This document shows positions 55,334 to 64,000 of a stretch of 64,000 bases of DNA, piece after piece (the first letter of the stretch is position 1; every line of letters begins with the position of its first letter). The DNA is from Octopus vulgaris (Eukaryota), in NCBI GenBank assembly GCA_951406725.2, contig OX597818.1:73036001-73100000 (forward strand), read 5' to 3'. The notes beneath the pieces are model-generated. The model saw only the letters and a program-made list of their open reading frames with translations. It had not been told where the DNA came from and made no database searches. Made by a program: the position numbers and the translations under genes.

Positions 55334-56705
55334 AAACACACATACACGCACACACACGTACACACACGCGCGCGCACATACACACAAAGACAAGCTAACT
55401 GACCGATAAAAACAAAATGTGAAAGAAAGAGATGGCGGAGTATTTTCCTTTCCATTTCTATGTTCGACTATTTTATTATTCTCTGAAGCTACAAATTATC
55501 TTATCCCAAATAATTTTATTTCTGAGAATAAATTGAACCTCAACATGTGTTTTAAATATTCGGTTTAAATTGCGCCTTGTTTTTGTCTCAGTTGCAATGT
55601 GGATATAAATTTAACTAATATCTCAACTTAGATTGCAATGACCATCTGGTTAGCTATGAATGCGAATTGCGCTTAATGACAACATAAAATAAAAAGATTG
55701 AGTTTAGATTTTATCACGCAGGTTTGAAAATATATGGTAATATATGAATCATCAACAAAATTGTCTTTTCAAAATCTATTTTATATGAAAGGAAACAATT
55801 ACATTGACTAGTTTCCGGAATTGAAATATGAATATTCCAAGATAAATAGGTATTCCATTGTTTCTGTCTAGATTTGATACATTGCTAATACGTAAAACAA
55901 TAGATAAGTTTTAAAACAGATTATATAAACATCAAAGCCCAATTTCCAAAGATAATTACTTTCTCGAAAATAAAGGAACAAGAAATATTGTGGAATAAAT
56001 CAAGCAGTAATTGCAAACACAGATTCAAATCAGAATACAATTCCAAACTGGAGTATAATTTTATCAAAATGATATCTCGAAACTCGAAACTTTTCTCATT
56101 TGACCAAAATTATGAAATTGAAAAATATCCATTCTTTCCGTCCTTAGAAACAACGCAATAGACAGAATTATTCTAACAGAAAGAAATGTACAAAAGGAAA
56201 TGTACTTTATTAGTAAAATTAATTTAAACAGTTACCTTATTTCATACATTGACAATTCCTGTCCAATATACAATGGGTTTACTGGAAACGTATATAATAT
56301 TCTGAATTTCTCCATTTATTCTCCATTTCTTTGAAAATAATTGGACGAATACATAGCAACAATAACGTCTTTAGGAAATGAACAGAAAATCTTGAGGCAT
56401 GTATATTGATGGCGTGGAGGAAAGGCTAATACGTTTCACAACTGAAAAATCTTTAGAGACCAAAAATTCTGTGAGTATTTTTAGATGAGGGACGTATCTA
56501 TCTTTTCCGAGTGACTATGAGTGCGTATACTCAGTGTGAGTGTATATATATATATATGAGTGTGTATGTATGTATGTGTATCTAATACATGAAACAGAAA
56601 TGTGTGTATTCACTTTTAATGCGAAAATTGTTACACAAATTACTTCCATACTTGTGATGCATGAATAATTTGTCCTCGGACAAATGTTAGGCTCTTCCTT
56701 TGATA

Positions 56706-57090
56706 TCTATATATATAAAGCTGAAGTTGTCTGTGTATGGCAGGTTTGGTAGCCTTCAACTAACACTATCTCCTCCGAGACACTGCGGCGCAAGTTGACC
56801 AAAATTGACAGTATGATAGAAGAAGGCTTGCTCTTCATTCCGTAGAAGAAAAAATGCAAATCAGACCATGTTAAGACCAAAAATTATTTAGATCAAAAAG
56901 ATGCTTTGTTTCTATGAAAATCCCTATTTTTTACGAATTTTTGACTGCTGTGTCGCCATTTTCCGGTGTATTTCAACCAGAAAAATGTTCACTTAAAGAG
57001 AATAACAAGCTACATAATGGAAATTTTTTACTTTTCAAAAATTCCAATTCTAAATGGTCAAAACAAACACGAGCAACATTTTTGCTTTGG
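56706..57090 (+). mobile_element. Non-autonomous Helitron 5' part
   Basis: a|tctatatatataaagctgaagttgtctgtg start typical of Helitron 5' ends. 3' CTRR not found. Confidence 0.5.
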
Positions 57091-57189
57091 TCATTCCTAT
57101 TTAAAGAAACCACACATTTATATACTACATCCTTTAAGTTACATTTGTTATTAAATTTAAAATTATTTTCGTCCCTACGATTACAAGTT

Positions 57190-57960
57190 TTTTAGTCACT
57201 ACAATTATTATTGGGAAAATTATTTAATCTATTAAAGTAATATTTATTTAACTTATGTTTACTTAGTGATGAAATAATATTAACTACATTATTAGTAGTC
57301 GAATATCCTACTCCTATATTATTTTTAGAAAAACTCTTATTGCATATTTTATTTTCGATAATAAATGATTCTATTGTTTTAGTGATTTCTTTTATAATAT
57401 TAATTTTAACCCGGGTCCCATAAGGAAATATCAACCAGTTTATTTTATTATTTGTATTTATATTTATATTATTATTTCTCGTATCCTTATTTACACTATA
57501 GTTATTATCATCGTTATCATTTATAATTGGATCTAATTTTTGCTTATCCTTTAATCTTATATATTTCCTTATATTTCTATTTTTATTTTTATTCGTCGTT
57601 CTATTTTAAAGTTTTTGTATGCTCCTTATATTCTATAAAATTCCGATGTGTTTCTCTATTATAATTATTATAATTGTTATTAATTTTGTTTTTATTTTTA
57701 TTTCTATTCCCATCTTCATTGTCATTTACCTTTTTATTTATATTAGTATTATCGGGGTCTTTAGCGTTGTTATTTTTTGTGTAATTGTTGCTATTTGTAT
57801 TATTATTGTATCCTTCTTAAAGCTTCAATATAGTAGGTTGAATGCTTTAGGAAGCTCTCATATTTCGATGAATGCATATTTGTTACTAGATACCATACGT
57901 ACCCTCATGAAACGCGTATAGTCCGTAATATGGAAAATTTGGGTGTTATGAATAGAAATA
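57190..57960 (-). mobile_element. Penelope-like thumb/linker fragment, AT-rich and decayed
   Basis: FLKHSTYYIEALRR and PYGTRVKINIIKEITKTIESF...NNIGVGYSTTNNVVNIISS, homologous to 14465-14640. Confidence 0.6.
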
Positions 57961-58046
57961 GTAAGCATAATATTTAATATTTTATGACTTGGTTGAGTTA
58001 ATACCGTTCGGAGTTGATGAAGTTGTGGGTGTCTCTATCTCTAACG

Positions 58047-58122
<76 letters not shown>

Positions 58123-59382
58123 GTGTGTGTGTGTGTGTGTGAGTATTTATATGGAGAAAGAAGAGAGAAATTGAGATAACAGAAACTGATAGAATGTCAG
58201 TGGTTCCAAATTTATAGAAAATGGAATAATCATATATGCGTACACTCATACGCACACACACACAAATACACACACACGCATCTTCACACGCACACAGGCG
58301 CAAACGCCGTAGACACACACTATACGTAAATAGAGATATGTACAGAAAATGAGAAATTTCAAAGCAGAAGTTGTCTTGTGAAGTAAATGTTTAGACTTTA
58401 TAATTACCCGTTTATAAATCTGGCTGACAACTTAAAACTTAAAGATAAAATTAGCTAATACCCTGTCTCTACTCAAAACCTATAAATGTTTATTTTACAT
58501 GACATTAATGGCTGTTTCTTTTGAAGCACAGAGTGGATATTTGTTGCTAGATAGCTATGATGCCATAATAATTCTCATCCAGGAGGCTCTCAGCCAATTT
58601 CTGAACGAGAACGTTAACGTCCTTATGTCAAAAACACTATATTACCGCTACAGATTTGATTTCGGTAGACTAAAGCAAATTGTTGTTTGGCAATGAGTTA
58701 ATCGTAAACTCGTCTTGTGTGATTCCCCCCTCTTTCTTATTTTTTTGTTTATTTTGTTTTGCTTTTTTTGAGGTGAACAATACTGATAGCATAGAGAAAT
58801 TATTCCACTCCTTCATTAAGAAGTTTGATTAGGAAACACATGGTTCTGCTTCAGATATCATTGTATGCTATCTAAGGCAAGTGTGATACAATGTAGATTA
58901 AGTTAGACAAAACACTTTAGAAATGAATTTGGAAAATGGAAACTATACGGACAACCGTGTTCCTGCCTCAATATCCATCCTCAGTTCATTGAGAATTTGT
59001 CTTGCATGCTATCTAGTATAACTTTATTTGCCTTTATTGTTCAAACACATAGCAATGAAGATTGTAAGATATTTCTTTGAGCATATTTGCTTGTCACCTT
59101 TTATTTTAAAGAGTGGTAAATGCGTTCTACTCAGTTTTGTATAAGGTGAAGTGTCCTGCCTGCTGGAATTGAGATAAAGCACTACATGTGTGCTGGGACG
59201 GGAAATTACCCAGAAACCATTGGTCTGTTGGTACTGCTAGTGGCTAGGAGGGTGTAGTACGATCCCTTGCTCAGAGTATATTTCAGACATAGGTCATGTG
59301 ACGATAACCAACCCGGAAAGGAGTTTTCCTCTGATTGTCCCATGCAGGACTGCCACCATACGTTGGCAAATAGATTTTAACG

Positions 59383-60240
59383 TGAGCAGGGATTAATCTA
59401 TCTTCGCTCCTTTGCGTCACATGGGATCAACTCTCTTACCCTCTTCAAATAACCCTACTCCCCTCTCCTCTCTCTTCTCTTCTTCTCACACCTACTTCCT
59501 CCCACCCACCTCTCCTCTCTTGCTTTGACACCTATTTCTTCTCTTCCCTCCTACCCACCTTCTCCCTACATCATCACACCTCCTTCGTTAACCCACCCAT
59601 ACACATCCCCAACCACGCCATCCCTATACATCCCATCCCAACCCACCCAATCTCTTAGAACCCCCCCTTGCTTCCCCTACTATCACCTTCTCCACACCCC
59701 AACACCACCACACCACACCACTCCACACACCACCACACCACCACACTACCACACAGCACCACATCACACAGCACCACATCACACAGCACCACCACACCAC
59801 ACCACACTACCCCACATACACTTGTACTAACCACTCCAATCACCCACACCAGCGCACACACTAACATTTACTACTCCCAAGCAGCTATACAATCATCCAC
59901 ACACCTACACATGCACACGCACACATGTCAAGGTCACCAGCTCCCTTCCAGAAGCACGTACAAGCTCTGACATAAACACTCACGCGCACCTTTGTTTTGG
60001 GATCACCACTATTTTATTATCTCCCCTTCTTAGCTCTCCTGTGTGACCCCTCTGTCCGGCATTCACCATGATAGATCGCTAGTCACTAAAACTTTTTCTA
60101 TTTTCTCTCCTGTGTTCCTTTCTGTCGAAGAACGTAGACTCGAAACGTAAAAGACTTTCTCACTTCCCGAGCGTTAAACTAATACATCTCTTTGTTGTGT
60201 ACACACCCGTCTTCGGCTTTCAGTTTTTGGGAAATTCACA
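59383..60240 (+). mobile_element. Penelope 3' end remnant (EN C-terminus, CA-rich UTR, hammerhead relic at 60116-60154)
   Basis: REQGLIYLRSFASHGIN, then cttt-CTGTCGA-a-gaacgtagactc-GAA-acgTA-aaag. Confidence 0.55.
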
Positions 60241-60309
60241 CTATACACACACACTCACATACATACAAACATACACACACACACCCACACGCCCCCCCCA
60301 TATATATAT

Positions 60310-60640
60310 ATGTTGTTTTTGTCTCATTTGGTCTAAAGTCGTAAGACAACCACCGTTATATTTTGATTATCGATTACTGTTTTCAATTTCGTTTTCGTCT
60401 CTTGTATTTACATCCGTCTCTTGCGTTTACATTCTTGTCTTCTACCAAGAAATCTAATGCTTACAGCTTAGTTTTTTTCTTGGGGCTGGCCGAGTTGGAG
60501 CAAATATCAGAATTGAACAGCCGAAATTTGCTATGATGATTCGGTGTCTGACTGAAGATTGAAGGCTTCGAATGATTTGTCTGTGTTCCGTGTTCGTCCC
60601 TTCCTGTATTTCACGTTCTTTATATATAAAAACATTTATT
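60310..60640 (+). mobile_element. Short (TA)n-flanked element with rearranged hammerhead (60499-60567)
   Basis: Upstream hairpin ccaagaaa/tttcttgg, HHR strands in III-I, II-III, I-II order, T-rich tail. Confidence 0.6.
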
Positions 60641-60861
60641 CTTATATATATATATATATATAAAGTCTGTAGAGATACATTATCCCTGCAGATATCGTGT
60701 TAGATCCCTCTTTGGTCCCAGATGCCGGCTAACCACAACAGTCAGTGTCCAATGCCATTGCTTACAAATAATTGTTAGTAACCAGTAAATTCTCTTTCTG
60801 CGTAATTCTATGTGACCTACTTAAGCCTGTAAAGGTTCCGTGGGGTGTATTATCATATCAA

Positions 60862-62059
60862 CCCTTTTAAAGCGGTTGATGTAAATTTACGCACGCAATG
60901 TATATGTTTTAAATCGGTCGACGTAATTATATTCTGCCTGACTTAGAACCTGTCAATTCAGTTGAGTTAGTACAGGTCCATCTACCAATAGGCCGATTGG
61001 ATGTTTCATGATAATATGTACAACCTGATAGGCTGGTCCTGCCTCTCTGGCTATGTCAGCTTCGTCATCGCGTCCTGTTTCATGATCACCGCGCCAAGTT
61101 ACACCAAGCACCACCACCTCACTAGTTGGTTTTTCCGGTTTGGACGATGACTCGGAGATTAGGTATTTTCCCAGTCCAGAATCATATGATTCCGAGAGCG
61201 ATGATGATATTCCGGTGAATTTAATGTACAAACGTGCATCACTGAATGGCTCTGGACAACAAAATAACGTGTGGCGAGCTAGAGACAACTTCGTCCGACT
61301 GAATGAGTTTACTGGTGCGCCTAGCATAAAGGCAAATCTTGATCATGGAAGTTCCCCACTGGAAATTTTCGACGAGTTTTTGACGGATGAAATGTTCCAA
61401 AATATAGCGGACGAAACGAATGAATATACTGAAAAACCATCCCAAGTATGTCAGACCGAGGCATGGCGGTGATTGGGTTCTAACTACAGGGAAGAACATC
61501 AAAGTTCTGCTTACCCTGATGATACTGATGGGCATCGTGAAGAAACCGACCCTGGCGTCATATTAGAATCGGGATCCAGCCAGGTCAACACATTTCTTTC
61601 CAGAAATGATTCCACGTGATCGAATTTTTGCGTTGATTGGAAATCTACATTTCAACTCAAGCAAGAACTAAGATGACAGATTGTGCAAAATATGTCCCAT
61701 CGTTGGCAAAGTGGCTGAAAAGGGAAACGTAAGGAACCTCGATACCATAGTTCACAATGTGATATTCCAGTGTGTGGTACCCTGTTTTGAACTTTACTAC
61801 ACAAAAGACAATTTTCGAATTCACGTGATTGTAAATACATGAAGTTCATCTGACTTGTGATGTCGAGTAATCTCATTCAGGAATAATAGCGTATGGGCGT
61901 CCTGCACTGGGATATAGTTTAGATAAAGAATCAGTACTTGCACCAAAGCGGGTGACGTAAATATACTCCGAACGTTATCTCTCACTGAGTGCTGACCTCA
62001 ATCGGCGGGATTACCGTTGTCGCGCGCAGGCAACTGAATGAATCACTGCTGTAAACAGG
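60862..62059 (+). mobile_element. Internally deleted piggyBac transposon
   Basis: Acidic N-terminus, SPLEIFDEFLTDEMFQNIADETNEY, LMILMGIVKKP, NLHFN, joined to C-terminal GKRKEPRY..CDIPVC..PCFELY. Imperfect TIRs cccttttaaagcggt / actgctgtaaacagg with TCAA/TTGA flanks. Confidence 0.8.
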
Positions 62060-62158
62060 TTGAAGCGGTTGATGTAAATATACACAGAACCATTGTCGTA
62101 CGCTAATTGCTGATCTCTACTGTAACTCAGCTGATTAAACGTTCAGAGTAGATTTGAT

Positions 62159-62214
<56 letters not shown>

Positions 62215-62239
62215 CATACATACTTACATACATACTTAC

Positions 62240-62271
<32 letters not shown>

Positions 62272-62287
62272 CACATACATACATACA

Positions 62288-62835
62288 TGGTGGTGGTGGC
62301 TGCCCCCTCGTTATCGAGTATGCTCATTGCACGAAGCTTAATCAATGTTGTTATCGTGCAATGCTTGTGCAAGAAGATTAAGTGAGGAAAGGCTGTGCAC
62401 TGAGTCAATCCCACTCACTAAGCAACAGCAGCCATAATCCGAAGAGAAGAACAAGTCAACATCATCAGTAACCACTGAGCCGCAAGTTTTATGTTGGAGT
62501 TATCCCAGTTACCTGAGTTACCTTCTCACGGAAGGATGCCCTAACAAAGGCTAGGAGTCCTTCACTCCCAATTGTTTAACCGCGCGATCGGGTATTCAGT
62601 CCGATTATTTCTATGTCCCCGCGCATGATACAGCCTTAAGACATTTATTGGATGGCCGTTGACTCTCAAGTGTTCCTCCACCCTTTGATGAGTTTTCATC
62701 CCGCAGGGTGTCCAATAAACACCCTCCTCCCCAAGCAAGCTTGGTGGGGTTGCCGATTTAGTCGCCGACGACCCGACCATGCAACAGGTTGTACTGGGTT
62801 GCATGTTAACAGTAGCACTCGAAAGTGACCTGACA
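62288..62835 (-). mobile_element. GC-rich non-autonomous retroelement, possibly RTE-related
   Basis: GC-rich non-coding block bounded by (CATA)n on both sides, with a short (CCA)n tail on the minus strand. Family assignment is tentative. Confidence 0.4.
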
Positions 62836-63896
62836 CATACATATATACATACATACATACATACATACATACATACATACATACATACATACATGAATAT
62901 ATACATTATAGATATAGAGACACAACTATACATATATTTCTTATAATTCATATATTTTTTAGTGTATTTGATAAACTTAATTACATTTATAATAACCTAG
63001 TATGATATTCTGATTTACATTTTAATAAACATATTAATATAACGAAATGCATATCAACATGATTATTTAAAGGAAACATTATGCAGAAGATACATCAAAT
63101 ATTGTCATGCTTCCACGTTACTGTGTGTAATTAATAATTCCCAATGTGAACTCAGATGAAAATATCTGAATAAATAAAATAAACATTGCATTTTTATGAT
63201 GTATTTTGTATAGTGAACGATCAGAAATATTACATTATAATGAAAATATAACAAATATAATTGGCTAAACAGAAGATTAAAAGAAATTGATTCTCGAATA
63301 GTCTTTAAATGTTTATTGATAGGCCGTGATAATGATAAATTAATGATATTTATTGTTCATATTTAAAGTTTATACGGACTGAAATCTCCTATAATTCTTT
63401 TTCGAAAACGCGTGGAATAATCTTGGAATCCCTATTAAGTGGAGTATAATCTTTATATTTCTTCTCTTGACAGTTGTGTAAATGTTATGATTTTAATCAT
63501 ATAAGGCTAATTTAATTAAATTAACGTTCTCTCATGGTAATTATTTGTCAATACGTTTCAAAGCTTCTATATCTATGATCTCTAAAATATGCATTCCTAT
63601 TTATTCAGCGTAAATTTCTGATATTGATTCAGTTCATTTAAGATTAAAAGCGTGCGTTATAAAACCTATGCTAATTGAGCTGTAAAATTAATTCCATGGT
63701 TTTCTTCAACGATGTCAAATTCTTAAAAAACATGAGTTTACTAAAGAAATAAATCAAAGACGATGTGTAATCAATAATAAGGAAGTAATGTGAAAATGAC
63801 ACACGAATAAAGGCTGGCATGTATTTTGGAATTAACTCATGAACATATATGTTTGTATGCAGTTGTGTGCATACACGCGTGTTCTTGTGTACGTAT

Positions 63897-63962
<66 letters not shown>

Positions 63963-64000
63963 ATACATTTACACACACAAACACACACGCATGCATGTTC

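Noticed and set aside
56237-56441. Minus-strand exon candidate (tttttcag...aag|gtaact)
   Set aside because: All three frames contain stops from the acceptor, and splice-like motifs are common in AT-rich DNA.

Overview
AT-rich, microsatellite-saturated animal genomic DNA. The SINE and simple-repeat content looks like an octopod cephalopod, which is an inference and was not checked by search. No host protein-coding gene can be supported, and almost all long ORFs are (TA)n/(CA)n artefacts. The window is a layered transposon graveyard: one near-intact 5'-truncated Penelope-like element (RT plus GIY-YIG, one frameshift, 34681-36945), several Penelope fragments, CR1-type and R4/Dong-type LINE remnants, a full-length decayed Tc1, mariner fragments and a MITE, an internally deleted piggyBac, non-autonomous Helitrons and many tRNA-derived SINEs. 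The unexpected layer is RNA structure, with more than a dozen hammerhead-ribozyme (HHR) motifs or relics. Highlights: (1) three short (TA)n-embedded elements (8649-8708 +, 53741-53803 -, 60499-60567 +) whose HHR strands lie in a non-circularly permuted, pseudoknot-requiring order, with covarying stems and a conserved 14-15 nt linker; (2) head-to-head foldback elements with an outward-reading minimal HHR in each arm (52856-53376, and 19132-19790 which also has back-to-back tRNA-like Pol III heads); (3) U3-A8 covariant HHR cores, one at the 3' end of the Penelope element that could mobilise such RNAs. All pairings were read by eye and no ribozyme activity is demonstrated.
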